From the NCBI GenBank assembly GCA_004431415.1, contig QPMI01000712.1, positions 1 through 64,000 of the forward strand: DNA of 64,000 nt, read 5' to 3'. The notes beneath the pieces are model-generated. The model saw nothing but the letters and a program-made list of their open reading frames with translations, was not told where the DNA came from and searched no databases. This DNA comes from Cyanophora paradoxa CCMP329 (Eukaryota > Plantae > Glaucophyta). Below, piece by piece: positions 38,211-51,405 of the stretch. Every line of letters begins with the position of its first letter. Position 1 is the stretch's first letter. Made by a program: the position numbers and the translations under genes.

Positions 38211-41200
38211 ATGCTGGTCACTTCTCTCGTCCCGATCATCGCTTTCGCGGTCGACGAGGCTAGTTTCTACGCCGTCGCCCCGTGTTCTTCCGACCCCACC
38301 AGCCCTGGCTACATGTCCGCATGCCCCGCCTCTCGACGTCACGCGTTAACCGCGATCGCCAGCGACTACTCGGCGGTGCGCGACTCGGTTCCGCGGGAGC
38401 TGTTCAACGAGGCGGTACTCCGCTTCGGCGAGTCGGCCGCCGTACTCCTGGCTACCTTCGGCGCCACCTGCCTCGAGGTCACGGAGTTCTACGGCTACAA
38501 GTACGGCACCATCCCTGTCGGCCTCCCGCGAGGGTTCCGATTTACTACGACGACATTCCGTGCCGGTACGCCACTCCTCGCTCACCGTGCCGCGCCCCTC
38601 ACCCTCCACAGTGACTGGGCGGCCCTCGAACCCTGGGAAAAAGTGACGGCGCTCGGTGCGCTCACTCAGCTCTACGCCTGGTCCCCCGAGTCAGTCCCCA
38701 AGTACTCCAAGACGGCGGTAGCCGACGCCCACGGCTGGCTCCGGCCCTTGCTTGTCACCTTCATCGAGAAAAGCAAGGCGCTCTCCCGCGATCACCGCAA
38801 GATCCTGCGCAACGACATCGTCGCCGCCTTCGGCCTGGCCCCGGTCCGGCCCGCGTCTCTCCAAAACGCGAGTGGCCGGCATCTCTTCCGGGCGGCCTGA
38901 CAGTCGGCACCGTCCCCTTCGGAAAAGTCCGCCCGCCGCGCGCTCGCTGCACGCCAGCGCACTCAGCGGTCGCCCGCTTCGCAGTTCTCGTTCGCCGACT
39001 TCTCTCGCGCTTGCGGCTTCCACCCGGCCCACTGGGACGCCTCCGCGGTGCTGCGCGACTGGGACCAGCCGGCCCACAAGGCCGTCAGCCTGTACTTCCC
39101 CCACATCTTGAAGGCGGCGGAGGCCGCGCGAAAACGCCGCGGCGCCGCGGCCTCGGGCGACGCCGACGCTGCCACCGCCGCCACCGCCAGCGCACCCCAG
39201 CGGACCCCAAGTCGGTCCGCGCACACATTACCCCTCTCGCCTCGCCCACGCTCGCTGCCGATGCTTCTTTTTTCGCGGGCAGCGAGCACGGGCTCCGAAG
39301 GTGGCACATGGAGCGGCCGCGGCCCCTCGGCACCCCCTCCGGCCCAGAAGCGCGCCGGTGCGCTACCCACCCCGCTCATTTTTTACCGCCGCCCACCCCG
39401 CCGCGCAGGGGCAGCCCCGCCCACCGGCCTCGCTCCTCCGCGCCGCCCGCGCCTGCCAAGCCGGCGGCTGCGGCCGGGAACACCGACACCGCCGACGCGG
39501 ACGCGGACGACGACGTCGACCGCCCGCGCGCCTCGCGGTCGACCCGCCCGCCTAAGCGGACCAAGGCGACCGAGGCCTCGGCCCCGAAGGCCCCCCGGCG
39601 CCCGCAGACTCAGCCGACGAAGGCGGCGAGTCAGACGCCCCGCCTTCACCCGCCGAGGAGGCGGAAGCACAGGCCCCGCCACCCAAACCCGCCAAGAGCC
39701 GCAAGGCCAAGACCGGTCCGTCCACGCGCCCGCTGGCCTCCCCGGCGGCTCACCCCGCCTAGGCGACCCCCTTGAGATTCGCCTGGCCCGACTTTCTGAC
39801 CCGGCCCACTTCACCGCAGCCGACCGCGACAAGGCCCTGCAGTTCGCCGAGACCCGCGACCTTCCCACGCCGAACCCGGCCCCCGCGGTCTCCGACCTGC
39901 CGCCCGTTCCGCCGGCCAACCCGCAGGCGCTCGCGGCGTCCATGCTGCAAGCCGGCCTCGCCAGCATGGCCGGCGGCGGCCCGCCTCCCCCGTTCTGGCC
40001 CGCGGGAGTTCCGTCCCCGTTCCTGCAGCACCAGCAGCAGCCCCGCTACTCGGCCGCTTCCACGGTCACGCCAGCGGGCTGGGTCGTCCAGGCGCCCCCG
40101 CATTTCGCGGCTCCCTGGCCCTCCTCCGGCACCGCCAACCACGGCGCCGGCATGTTCCCGGGCTTCGGGGGCCCGCAGACCGACTGGTTCGGCCCCGCCG
40201 ACCCCGGCTTCCGGATGCCGCCCGCCGGCCCGCAGCTCCCGCCCCGGCAGGCCGCTCCCCACACCGCCGCGCCACTCGCCGCCGGCCCCCGTGGGGTCCC
40301 CGCCGCCCGCTCCGGCAGCCGCGGGGCCACCCAGGCCGCGCAGAAGCTCGCCCCGCCCGCCGCCGCAGCGCCGACAGAGCAGCCCCCGACCTCATCCTCC
40401 ACCCGCGCCCGACCGTTCGTCCCAGCGACGCGGAGATGGAGGACGAGGCGGAATCCGACGCCCCCGGCGACGAACCCGCCGGCGAGGACGACTGGGCCGG
40501 CGACTGGGACTCGGACGACACCTCGACGCCGCAGGACGCCAGTCCCCACGTCGACGCTCCCTCCGAGTCCGGTACGGACTCGTGGCCGCCGCAGCCCAAA
40601 CCCTCCCTCCGTCACACTGACCCGGGATCGTGCAGAATCCGCTGCCCCAGTGTACAGCGGCAAGGCGACGCGCGGCCACGCCAAGGAGAAGGCTCCCCTC
40701 GGTCCGCGCTGATTGTTTTCCGCGGTCGGCCACAGCCCGGCCGACATGCCTTTTTGCAGAGGCTCCGGCCCCAAGAAGGCGCGCGGCGACGACAAGGCGA
40801 AGGGCGCCACCGCCCAGGCCAAGGCGACGGCGGCAGAGAAGGCCGCGCCACCGGCCGAGCCCCCCTCGTCTACGAGGGCCTCCCCGAGCTCACGCTGCGC
40901 GAGACGGCCTTCGCCAAGCTCAACATTCCCTCCACGGCGGTCGACAACTCCGCCCGCGTCACGGACTTGGCCGCCCGTATCAAGGAAATCGAGTCGTGCT
41001 TCGACAACGCCGTCTTCCCGGCGACAGTCAGCAGCGACCCTTCCCCGACGAGCGCATCACCACGGCTCTTGCCAAGTACGGCATCGCCTGCATGCGCGAT
41101 CTGGCGCGCTTCTCCCACGGCCTGGTGCTGCGCGACATGGGCAACTCGGAACTCCGCCAGGCCATCGCGGCGTTCGACCAGGTCGGCGACGTCATCAACC

Positions 41201-41950
41201 GCCTACCCGGCGGCCCGACCGGCCCCTCGGCCAACTCCTGACGGACTGGAACGCCCTCACCCGCCCGGTCTACAAGAAGCTTCGGGACATCGCCCAGACG
41301 TCGGCGGTGCTCCAGGCCTGCCTCGAGGACGACCCGCTCTTCAAGCGTCTCCTCAAGCGGCTGCAAGACAGCGTGAGCGCGTGGACGGAGCCACGGGAGC
41401 TACTGTCGTCCTACGGCCGGACGAGCCGCAAGCGGAGCTCCTTCTTCATGATGCCACCGCTCGCTCGCACGGAGCTTCCGCAGCCCCGCCCGGACAAGGC
41501 CCCACTCGCCCCACACTCTCCCATGCGGCGCTCTTCTCCCAGGCCTCGCAGGCCGGTCCGTCCGCCCCACCTGCTCCTCCGCCCGGACCGACCCTCGGTC
41601 AGCCCACTCCTACGGCGGCGTCGCGACCTTCTCCTACGACGACGACGGTGACGTCGAGGACCCCGGCTCCGGCGGGCCAACCCACCGCGGCCAGCAGCGC
41701 GGGCGCGCCTGGAAGCAGGCCCGGCGGCAGTACGGGACTGCCCAGCCGGCCCAGCCCCAACCCCACCACCGTCAGCGGGGCGGAGGCCGCGGCGGCGCCG
41801 TCCAGCGGCCCCCCGGCGCAAGCCGCAGCCGCCGGCCGACGGCTGAGCCGCTTCCACTCCTGGCGCGGGTGTTTGCGGCGACACCCCTCCGGCGGCTGCC
41901 GCCGACCGCAAGGGGCCCCCCGTGCCAGCCGTTCCCCCCGCCACGACCCT
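38211..41950 (+). CDS. ORF1 (Gag-equivalent) of the YR retrotransposon; frameshifted; partial copy at 32864-35316
   Basis: Chain of plus-strand ORFs between A1 and RT with globular stretches (ELFNEAVLRFG..., YEGLPELTLRETAFAKL...) and P/A-rich linkers. Assigned by position. Confidence 0.6.
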
Positions 41951-42959
41951 TCCAGTAGACTGTGACCAGTCGCGTCCGCCGCCTGTACCGCTGTCTGTAC
42001 CCTCGAGTACACCGCGTGTCTTTGTGCGCGACCCATTCGCAAAATTGCGAGCACTCGTAGCTGCACACGGGGACCCCGGCCCGTACGATTTCGCGGCGGC
42101 CGCACAGAAGTTTCGGGCGGGGCAACTCCAGCATTACGCGCATGCCTGGCGGGCTTACTTCCGGCGGGCTGACACGACGGTCCCCTCGTGGGTGGGCCTC
42201 ATCCTGCGCAAAGGCTTGCGCCTCCCACTCCAGCACGCCGACGGCACGCCGGCAGCGTCGTTAGCAGACATTCCCCGCACGCGCGCCGAGGGCCCACGCC
42301 CCTCGTGCCACCGGACCCCAGAACACGAAGCCTTCGTGGACAGCGAGGTCGCGGCGATGCTGCGCCTCGGCGTCACCCGCCTTGCCACCGAGGAAGACGA
42401 ACAGCTCGTCGTTAACGAGTCTTCGCTCTTGGTGGTCGACAAGGCCGGCCCAGACAAGTTCCGCCTGTGCCTCGACGCCACCCCCGTGAACCCGTTCATC
42501 CGCTTGCCGACGTTCCGGTACCAAACACTGGACGAGGTTGCGTCCTACCTCACCCCCGGCTGCTGGCTCGTGAAGTTCGACCTTAAAAAAGGCTACTATC
42601 ACATCGCCCTGAACAAGGACACCCAGCGCCTCCTGGCGTTCCGTTGGCGCGGCAAACTCTACATTTACCAGGCCCTTTGCTTCGGCGTGAACATCGCCTG
42701 CTTCGCCTTCACGAAGGTCACGCGCGCCTTTGCCAAGTACTGGGCAGCGCTGGGCGTGAAGCTCTGCACGTACATCGACGACGGCCTGTTCATCTGCCCG
42801 TCGCGCGAAATCGCGGAGCTCGTCTCCCAGCACCTACGTGCTTGCGCGCCCGAGCTAGGCATTACGTTCTCGGAAAAGTCCGACTTCACACCGACCCAGT
42901 GCACCGAGTACCTCGGCATCGAGATCGACGTCCGTCCGACCGCGGCGTTTTCGCGGTGA
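41922..42959 (+). CDS. DIRS/Ngaro-type reverse transcriptase
   Basis: KFRLCLDATPVN, LVKFDLKKGYYHIAL, YQALCFG, TYIDDGLF, EKSDFTPTQCTEYLGIEID. Confidence 0.93.
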   Translation: MPAVPPATTLPVDCDQSRPPPVPLSVPSSTPRVFVRDPFAKLRALVAAHGDPGPYDFAAAAQKFRAGQLQHYAHAWRAYFRRADTTVPSWVGLILRKGLRLPLQHADGTPAASLADIPRTRAEGPRPSCHRTPEHEAFVDSEVAAMLRLGVTRLATEEDEQLVVNESSLLVVDKAGPDKFRLCLDATPVNPFIRLPTFRYQTLDEVASYLTPGCWLVKFDLKKGYYHIALNKDTQRLLAFRWRGKLYIYQALCFGVNIACFAFTKVTRAFAKYWAALGVKLCTYIDDGLFICPSREIAELVSQHLRACAPELGITFSEKSDFTPTQCTEYLGIEIDVRPTAAFSR

Positions 42960-44089
42960 CCCCGAAGAAGGTCGCAAAAACGCTCGCCCGCCTCGCCGGC
43001 GTCCTCGACCGGGCGCCCGGCCCCCGCGGCCTCACGGCGTCGGCTCGCGATCTGCAAAAGCTGGCGGGCTCACTCATCGCGCTGCGCATGGCGTTCCCGG
43101 CCGTTCGTCTCATGACTCGGCCACTTTTCGGCCTCATGTCGACCTCGGACGCCCTCGCCGACCCCTTCAATCAGTCGGCCGTCACCATCGAAGGCCCAGC
43201 ACTCGACTGCCTCCGCTGGCTCCAAGCGGCCCTCCAACGCCCGGAGCGCCCGGCGCACCCCATCTGGACGCCTCGGACCTTCTTCCGGCTGTTCACGGAC
43301 GCCTCCGGCTACGGCTACGCCGCCTTCCTCGATCAGCTCGAGTCCGCCGACCCCACGGCCGTCCGCCAACGCCCCGCGTGGTCCGTCTTCGGCACCTTCC
43401 CCCCCGAACTCCGCGCGAGCGAGGGCCCCATGCGGTGCGGCGAGACCAGCAGCAACGAACGCGAGCTTCGCGCGATCGTGGCCGCCGCGGACGAGCTCTT
43501 CCCCGCCCTTCCGGTGGGTGCGCACGTTCTCATCCGCTGCGACAACCGCTCCGCCGTCGCGGCAGTCGCTCGGGGCGGCGGTTCGGCCCGCCTCTTTGAC
43601 CTGAGCGCTCGCCTCTGGCACCGCTGCGCGGCTCTCGGCGTCTCGATCTCCGCCCGCCATTTGCCCGGCGCGGCCAACGTCTTCGCCGACCGCGGTTCCC
43701 GCGACGGCGCTCGCGCCCCGTCGCTGCATCGGGCCCTCCTCTCGCGGTGCCGCACGCACCTAGACGCCCCGCTTGCCGAGCACCACCACGTCGCCTTCGA
43801 GGACGATCCGTGGCTTGGCAGCGTCCGCGCGAGCGCCCCGACCGTCCTTACGGTCGACTCCCGGCTGCGCGCGGCCCTGATCGCTTCCCTCCGACGCTTC
43901 CCAGCGTCCGGCCCTCTGGGCCTCCTGCTCCCCTCCCAGCCCAGCACCACCTGGTCGGTGGCCCTCGGGGAGCTTCGCCTCACCCCCGCCCCGCCGCCGT
44001 CACCTCTTTCCCGCTTTCTAGCCTCCCGTCCCACATCTTCTACTCTGGGCGCATCGGCCTCGGCTCCTCCCGCTGGCCCCTGGAACTGA
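42950..44089 (+). CDS. DIRS/Ngaro-type RNase H plus C-terminal extension
   Basis: LQKLAGSL, LFTDASGYGYAA, SSNERELRAI, LIRCDNRSAV, RHLPGAANVFADRGSR. Confidence 0.9.
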   Translation, partial: FAVTPKKVAKTLARLAGVLDRAPGPRGLTASARDLQKLAGSLIALRMAFPAVRLMTRPLFGLMSTSDALADPFNQSAVTIEGPALDCLRWLQAALQRPERPAHPIWTPRTFFRLFTDASGYGYAAFLDQLESADPTAVRQRPAWSVFGTFPPELRASEGPMRCGETSSNERELRAIVAAADELFPALPVGAHVLIRCDNRSAVAAVARGGGSARLFDLSARLWHRCAALGVSISARHLPGAANVFADRGSRDGARAPSLHRALLSRCRTHLDAPLAEHHHVAFEDDPWLGSVRASAPTVLTVDSRLRAALIASLRRFPASGPLGLLLPSQPSTTWSVALGELRLTPAPPPSPLSRFLASRPTSSTLGASASAPPAGPWN

Positions 44090-44099
44090 CCTTCTGGCA

Positions 44100-44985
44100 G
44101 TAACCCCGGCGCCCGCGGAGGCGGAGCTCGCGGCCTGGCAGGGGGCGGCCTTCGCCCCCGGCACGTCAGCGGGCCAACGGCGGGCGGCCCGCCGCTACTT
44201 CGAGTTCGTCGAGTGCCACGGCCTCGCGCCGGACGCAGAACGGTCCATCCTCCTCTTCCTGGCCGACGCGGCCACCCAGCGACGCCGCCATTCCGGAAAA
44301 GACCTCGCGGCGAGCACCGTTAAAGGCCTCGCCGCCCACGTGTGGCGCGAACTCAAACTTCGCGGCCTCGTCGACCCCACCAGACCCCGCTCGTTCATGT
44401 ACTCGACCGCATGGAGAGGCATGCAGGCCCGCCTGGGCCGCCCCGTAGCGCAACGCCGCGCCTTCTTGCCCGGCGACCTGCGCGCGTGGTTGACCACCCC
44501 ATCGTTCCTGTCACGCGCCCCTCCCCGGCGCCTCCGCGACGCCACCGTCCTCGCGACCGGCATCGCGGGCTTCCTCCGGGGAGCGGAGCTGGTGGCGCTG
44601 CGGGTCGACGACCTCGAATTCTCACTCCTCCCTTCCCCCGCATCGCCCTCCACATCCGGCGCTCCAAAACCGACAGGACCGCCCACGGCGCGGTGGTTTA
44701 CCTCACCCCGGGCAAATGCCCGCCTCGTGCCCCGTCCGCCTGCTGTGCGCGTACGTCGCGAGCACGGCGGTGCAGGCGGCGCCCGGGACCCCCTCTTCCC
44801 CCGCCTCTCCGATCCCGCCGCGGCCATCACCGTTGGTTTCGTCCGCCGCCTCGTGAAAGAGGCCGCGGAGGCCATCGGCTACGACCCGACCGACTTCTCG
44901 GGCCACAGCTTGCGCCGCGGTGGCGCGACGGCCGCGGCCCGCCGGGGCCTCCCGGCCACTTGGATCCGACGGCATGGCCGCTGGG
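44100..44985 (+). pseudogene. Tyrosine recombinase, 5' part, interrupted by the virus
   Basis: AFAPGT...YFEF N-terminal domain; GFLRGAELVAL (R), RRSKTD (K), FSGHSLRRGGATAA (HxxR), HGRW, then the TIR. Confidence 0.92.
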
Positions 44986-45286
44986 AAAAAATGAGAGTAC
45001 CCCCATCAGGGTGGGCCCGCCCTCTTTGCCACCCTCAACCCCCAAACCCACCCCTCACTCACCCACTCCAGCGCCTTCCCAGCCCTCATTCTTTCCCACT
45101 CTCTCGCTACGTCTACCGCCCTTCTCTCCCTCTGGTCTACCTCCCCTTCCATCCAGCAACCACTAGGTAGTATCTAGTGTCTAGGTCGATCGATATTGCA
45201 AAACGATATAGCAGTGAATTGAGGCGGGAGCGTCAGCCAGAAGGCTTCCTGCTCTTCGAGCCCCAAACGCGCCGGTCTTTGAATCA
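44986..45286 (+). repeat. Left terminal inverted repeat of the virus
   Basis: AAAAAATGAGAGTACCCCCATCAGGG... is the reverse complement of 55981-56251, apart from a few substitutions and a ~31-bp extra segment. Confidence 0.95.
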
Positions 45287-45401
45287 CCAACGGGTCACCG
45301 CAATTGAGGTTTCTCTTATTTTGTCTTAAAGAGATCCCTTTCCAATATTGCTATGTGAAGTTGCGTTTGGAACAAGCAAAAAATTGTGATATATACTTCC
45401 A

Positions 45402-48400
45402 ATGGACGTTACCCAAAATAATGCAGCGACTCGGCGCTTCCGGTTGGCCAGAATCAAAGACCAGATCGAAGCGCTCGCGATTTCATTGTATAATCGACGC
45501 GTCATACATGGAGCTTTCAAAAATAAATTGATTAGAATTTCAGCACAAGGGTCGAGAACACGGTTTGCAACTTTGGAAAAGTACGCTTCACTTTTGAACG
45601 AACTTGCAAGACTTCCTAGGTCAGCGCGTCCTGTGTCAGGTCGTCGACTAGAGCTAGCGATTGCTGAGGGCCAGGCCGACATTGTTCGAGGGTTCTCAGA
45701 ATTACCTGAGGTTGACGGTGGAGATGATGTTCAAATCAATGACAGCAATACGACTACAGCGCTTGACGGGCGATATGCGGAGTGGAAATACCAATTGCTC
45801 GCGGTTCTGGCCGCGTAACCTCGATGCAAGCCCGATTTGAGAACAACGAACTTTTCAAACAGAACGCAATAGCATTCGTTAGCGCCCAGGTAAATCTTGC
45901 AGAGGCGGTAAGAATGGGCATTGCACTACAAATCTCTGGATTAGCGGTATACAGAAAGCCAGAGACTGATACAACAATTGCAATCATTATTGAGCATCGT
46001 CGTTTCGATCGCATCGAGCCAGGGCAAGCATCGAGACTGCTCTGCGCTCACAGCTGGAAGAACTAGACATTCTTGCGACAGAGAAAAGCAGGGATTCCTC
46101 AGTTTTCGACACATGGATACATCTGGTCTTTAAAACTGTGCGATACTTCCGCCGCATGGTGGTCGTGGACGTAGGTTCATACTCCCGCGGTGGCTTGTGG
46201 AGAAGCAGGCACTCATCAATATCGATGCTCCGAACAATGAATGCTTCAAGTATGCTGTACTTGCAGCTCAGCACGCGCTACGACCGGGCCAGGATTCACG
46301 CAGTGCTTGTCATTATCGACCGTATGAGAGCTCTTTAGACTGCACTATGCTCACATTTCCCACCCCGCTAGATTCAAAGGTTTTCAAAAAGTTCGAGCAG
46401 GCTAACAACGTAAACCTATGTATTTATACGACAGCATTAGATGAACAGGACATTGTACCAATCCATATCAGCGCAGCAAAAGACGCAATACCAATCTTGT
46501 ATGTACCTGCAGGCAGCGACAATGATGTAGGGCATTATCTCTGGATCAAGAACATCTCACGTCTGTTTGGAAAACATGATTCTCCGCCAAACACTATTGT
46601 CTTGCGTGTCAAACAGGTTTTAGCTCAGGTGCTGCGTTTGAGAATCATCTTAAATATGACCGTTGCCTCGATCGAGACGAGCATGCGAGAGATGTTCTGC
46701 CTAGAAAAGGAGCCCACATCCAGAAGTTTATTAACTATGAGTACTCAATCCGGCAACGTCTGGTCGGATATGCTGATTCAGAGACGATTACAATGCCGAT
46801 TCCCTGCATTAGTGGAAAGACCGAAAAGAAAGGTGTGCATGTGATTGCTTCAGTCGGCTGTCTGGTTGTATCTTCGAAAGGTGAACAATTTTGTTTCAAA
46901 TACATGGGTTCGGAGAGCGAGGACTGCGCTGAGAAGTTCGTGCAATGGTTGGACGAAATGGAACCACAATTTCGAGAGCTCTTGCGAGAGACTGCACCAA
47001 TCCAGATGACTCAGGAAGAGGAGCAGCGTTTTCAAACGAGGACCGAGTGCTACATGTGCACGGACACGTTCAAGGATGCGAAAGACAAGCACCGCGATCA
47101 CTGCCACGATTCTGGACGATACCTCGGGCCGCCTGCAGAGCGTGCAATCGGCGTCGCGCAAAGGCAGCAGCCGTTCCAATATTCTGGCACAATGGTCGAG
47201 GATTTGACTTCCACCTGCTCGTGCGCGCTCTAGCATCTGGCTATAATCGCCGTTTAGCAGTTTGGAAGGAGTTTCAAGCACATGTCGAAAGCGAGTTTGA
47301 AAGCAAGTACGGTGGACGTGAGATGACCCCAGAGCAGAAAAAGAAGGTGAAGAAGGGGCTCGAACGCCGGCTCCGCCCGCAGAGTCTCCTTTCGATAAAA
47401 TTCGATCAGTTCTTTCAGAATAGCGAGCGAATTTCGCAGTTCAAGTATGGAATTTACGTTCTACGCGACTCGGCTCAGCACTTGAATGCAAGCTTGGACG
47501 AACTAGCAAAGGCTCTGCCCGCGGAAAAGAAGAAGATCACGCGCTCGCTGCATCTGGACGAGACTCAGTTCAAGCTGATGACAGGCAAAGGCATTTACCC
47601 TTATGATTACATGACGAGCTGGGCTCGCTTTCAAGAGACTAAACTACCTGCACGTCGTTATTTCAAAAATCAGCTTAAACAGAAGAAATGCTCGAAAGAT
47701 GAGTACGCACATGCCAAGGATGTTTGGCGAGAGCTCGGCTGCAGAATGCTATCAGACTATACAATGGAGTATATGATGACAGATATCACGTTACTAGCGA
47801 CGTGTTCGAAAACTATCGCGATACGTGTATTGAAACGTATGGCCTAGATCCTAGCTATTTTATGTCATCGCCGGATTTGCTTGGCAGGCAGCACTTAAGC
47901 ACACTGGAGTGAAGCTCGAGCTCTTTCACGAGGACAGCAGGATATGCACAGATTTATAGAATCGGGGATCAGGGCGGAATCTCAATGATCTCAAAACGCT
48001 ACGCACAAGCTGAGAACAAATATTTGAGCATAAAGTTCAACAAATACACCCACGCTGTTGAGCCTACAGTCTCACAGTCTACATGCATGTCTAACTACTA
48101 CCGAACACACAAGGAATCGTGGCTCATGTACCTCGATGCAAACAACTTGTACGGCGTCGCAATGAAGCGCAAGCTACCCACAGGAGATTTCCGCTGGATA
48201 AACTAGATCAAGACGTCGATGTAATGCAATACGTTGCAAGCCTTGACGCGGATGGAGCTCGTGGCTATGCTCTCGAAGTCGATATGTACATGCCTGAGCA
48301 TCTCCACGACGAGTTCTCAGACTATCCGCTGGCCCTGAACGGATGTGTGTGTCCAAGGAACACCTATCAAAGCGACAACAGGATATGATTAACGACGAGA

Positions 48401-49445
48401 AGCTTACCTCAGTTGAACGAACTCCAAAGCTCGTTCCGAATCTGCTTCCAAAAAAGAATTATGTTGTTGATGGACGCTTGCTTCAGCTCTATACGTCACT
48501 GGGAATGATAGTAACCAACATCCATCGGGTCCTATCGTACGAACAAAGCGCATGGCTAGGGCGTTTCATAGATCTCAATACTCAAAAACGTAAAGAATCG
48601 CAGTTCACATACCAGAAGGACCTTTACAAGTTGATGAACAACAGTGTCTTCGGAAAGACGATGGAGAACGTGAGAAAGCACTGCTTTTCAGAGCTTGTGA
48701 CTTCGGGAGACCGTCTGGTGAAGATCAACAGCGAACCAAATCCGTTGAAGCAGGTGGTGATGTACGAAGAGAACTTGTATTCGTTTCCAAGCGCAAAAGT
48801 GAGTACAATCTGAACAAACCTATCTACTGCGGGTTCGTCATCCTCGAACTTTCCAAGCTGCACATGTACCGCTTTACTACCAGGTGCTCAAGCCGCTTTG
48901 GGCCAGCGGCTGACACTATTAGGTACGGATACTGACAGTCTCATCATCGCGGTTCGCACCAAAGATATCTATGCTGATTTACGCTCAATCAAGCATGAGC
49001 TGGATGTTAGCGACTACCCAGAGACACATCGATTCTTCGATGGCATGACAGCCGATGAGGTTCGAGCTCTACGATCGATGGGGAAAACTCCGGGATTATT
49101 CAAGGATGAGCTCCATGGTCTGCAAATGACAGAGTGGATCGCTAACCGGCCGAAATCTTACTATTATTCGCGTGAAGATTGCACGGACAAGCAGGTATGC
49201 AAGGGTATTCAAAAGACGTACTACAACAGACTCACAAGGGATGTATTCCTCCGGTGCGTCTGTCCTAAAGAGGGAGAAAAGCAATCGTATGACATCAAAG
49301 GAATTCTCGGTTTCCGCTCGAAACAACATGAGATTTATTTACAACGAACCTCGCGCCAGGCTCTCCATCCCTTGATACCAAACGCTTCCTCGAGACTGAC
49401 GGGATCAACACCCGAGCGATTGGCCATTATAAAAATCGCGCCTGA
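45402..49445 (+). CDS. Protein-primed family B DNA polymerase (Maverick type, with N-terminal extension and internal EndoVII-like Zn finger); frameshifted
   Basis: INIDAPNNECFKYAVLA, HYLWIKNISRL, YADSE, CYMC...RDHCH...CRACN, HNGRGFDFH, KGIYPYDY, YLDANNLYG, KLMNNSVFGKTMEN, GTDTDS, GLFKDE, DTKRF...GHY. Confidence 0.95.
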
Positions 49446-49454
49446 TTTACAACG

Positions 49455-50340
49455 ATGTACCAGATTACTGCGCCACGGGTGCGTGGCAAATTGACGTGCT
49501 GTTCATTGGGAGATTTCGCCTGTTCGCAGCGGTCGAGATTGCAACCCGTTTCGCTGTGGTACGTAAGCTCGAGACTTTTAAGCAGCTTCCAAAAATGATC
49601 GAGCAGCTACCTGGAATATGGGGCTTTTCAGGAGACAACGGCTTCAACACAGCGGCAATTCGGGAAATGGCTGAAGAGAACTCGTTGAAAATGCATACTG
49701 ATGTGGCTAAGGATGATCACATTTCAAAAGGCTCCAAGCTGGGAATTATCGACAGGTTCGCGAGGACATTGCGAGCACTGATTCAGACTGATACAGAAGC
49801 TCGTGGCTCCCGCATTTCCTCTCACGTTTGCCGGCAATTGTCAAGGCGTACAATGAAACAGCCCACAGCTCTTTCGGCGGGGAGCACTCACCGAAGTGGA
49901 TGCGGGAAAATACACAGGTAGCCGAGCAGCTGCATCAAGTTAGACAGCGACAGAACGATATTGAACGAGACAATTCGAACATACCGCGCACAGGGACCGA
50001 AGTGCAAGTTCTCGAGCCGAAGCCAAGCGTTTTTGCGAAGGGAACCACAAAGCCAAGCAAGGAGACGTACATAGTTGCTGGCGCTGATAAGAACCGTGTT
50101 CGACTCGTTACGAAACAGGGTGTGGAAATTTCTAGACGTGTTAAACCATCGGAAATACGTCAACCGCGTGAGCTTGCACCTCAAACACGAATCGAAAAAG
50201 AAGAAGTGCAAATGCGACAGCAGAGACGATTGAGACGTGAGGGTTTGATCGAAACGAAAAAATACAGCGGCCAAAGCCGGCAGTATCGAGAGCTCAAGAA
50301 GCTTGAGATTGCAGGGGAGCCAAGCTACGAGCAGGTGCTA
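49455..50340 (+). CDS. Retroviral-like (rve) integrase; frameshifted; 3' end uncertain
   Basis: WQIDVLF, AVEIATRF, SGDNGF, LGIIDRFARTLR, IVKAYNETAHSS; consistent with the 6-bp TSD. Confidence 0.85.
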
Positions 50341-50682
50341 AAGCTGCATCACCTCGAGCTCTACAGAAGCTCCGCTCTTCGCGAGGCATCTACGCGCAAT
50401 AGCATTCCTGTGGTACTCCCGGATCCGATCAGGATTCTCAGCTCGATACTTCGCTGTGATGGCAAGCTGTTTCAAACGGTATGTTTCGTTCGTGTGGCGC
50501 AGTTTGCGATTGCGTTCAGCATTCTTTCTGCGTCGCTCTGCTAAAATCTCCGGGGTGACCTCGATCGGTTTAGGACCCTTCTTCTTCGGCTGATAAGGCT
50601 CCATTGTTAAAAGACGAACCTTAGGAGGTCGCCCACGGCCACGTTTAACCGCAGCGCAATCCGCAGTAATTGCAGAAGTCAT
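50338..50682 (-). CDS. Small basic protein with AT-hook
   Basis: KRGRGRPPK; K/R-rich helix ...KYRAENPDRIREY. Confidence 0.6.
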   Translation of the reverse strand: MTSAITADCAAVKRGRGRPPKVRLLTMEPYQPKKKGPKPIEVTPEILAERRRKNAERNRKLRHTNETYRLKQLAITAKYRAENPDRIREYHRNAIARRCLAKSGASVELEVMQL

Positions 50683-50813
50683 TGTTCGGCTTGTCTCTCA
50701 ATAATAAGAGACATAAATCCTTTTAAGACAAATTAGCGCGACTTTTGAGGCTTAAAGATAATGCAATCTGTAGATGTAACAAAAAAGTCGCAGACAAGCA
50801 GCTCGCTGCGCAG

Positions 50814-51344
50814 ATGGAGGTTATCGTTCCTGATGTACCAGAGGGCACTGCTTTGATCCCGCTGATAGGAATTCGCAATCGACGCAAAGTCATCGTCGCC
50901 TACGCTCTCGTGTCACACGATGATGCTGAGCGTGTGCTGGGATTTCGCTGGAGTTTGGACAATGGATATGCTCGAGCCAAAATCAACGGAAAGAGCGTGT
51001 ACTTGCATACATTCATCAGTGGCAATCTTGAGAATGGGTTGACGTTAGATCATATCAACAACGATCCAAAAGACAATCGTCGCGACAACCTCCGTTTAGC
51101 AACAGCTCGTCAACAGAATTTGAATCGTGGACAGCGGCGAGATAACACTTCAGGATACATTGGCGTCAGCTTCCATCAGCAACATGGTAAATGGAAAGCA
51201 TACTATAAGATAAATGACCGCCAAAAGCACATCGGTCTGTTTCAAACAGCAGAGGCTGCAGCTCGTGCTCGCGATGCATATGCATTGGAACATACCAGCG
51301 AAGAGGACAAACCATTCTTGCGGTTGAACTTCCCACAGGTTTGA
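50814..51344 (+). CDS. HNH endonuclease with C-terminal AP2 domain
   Basis: YLHTFI, DHINNDPKDNRRDNLRLAT..QNLN, NTSGYIGVS...KWKA...HIGLFQTAEAAARARD...LNFP; intact ORF. Confidence 0.93.
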   Translation: MEVIVPDVPEGTALIPLIGIRNRRKVIVAYALVSHDDAERVLGFRWSLDNGYARAKINGKSVYLHTFISGNLENGLTLDHINNDPKDNRRDNLRLATARQQNLNRGQRRDNTSGYIGVSFHQQHGKWKAYYKINDRQKHIGLFQTAEAAARARDAYALEHTSEEDKPFLRLNFPQV

Positions 51345-51405
51345 ATGAAGGGAATAACACCCCTTGGGCGCAGCCGAGGCAGCTTGTCTGCCGATTATTT
51401 TTTTA

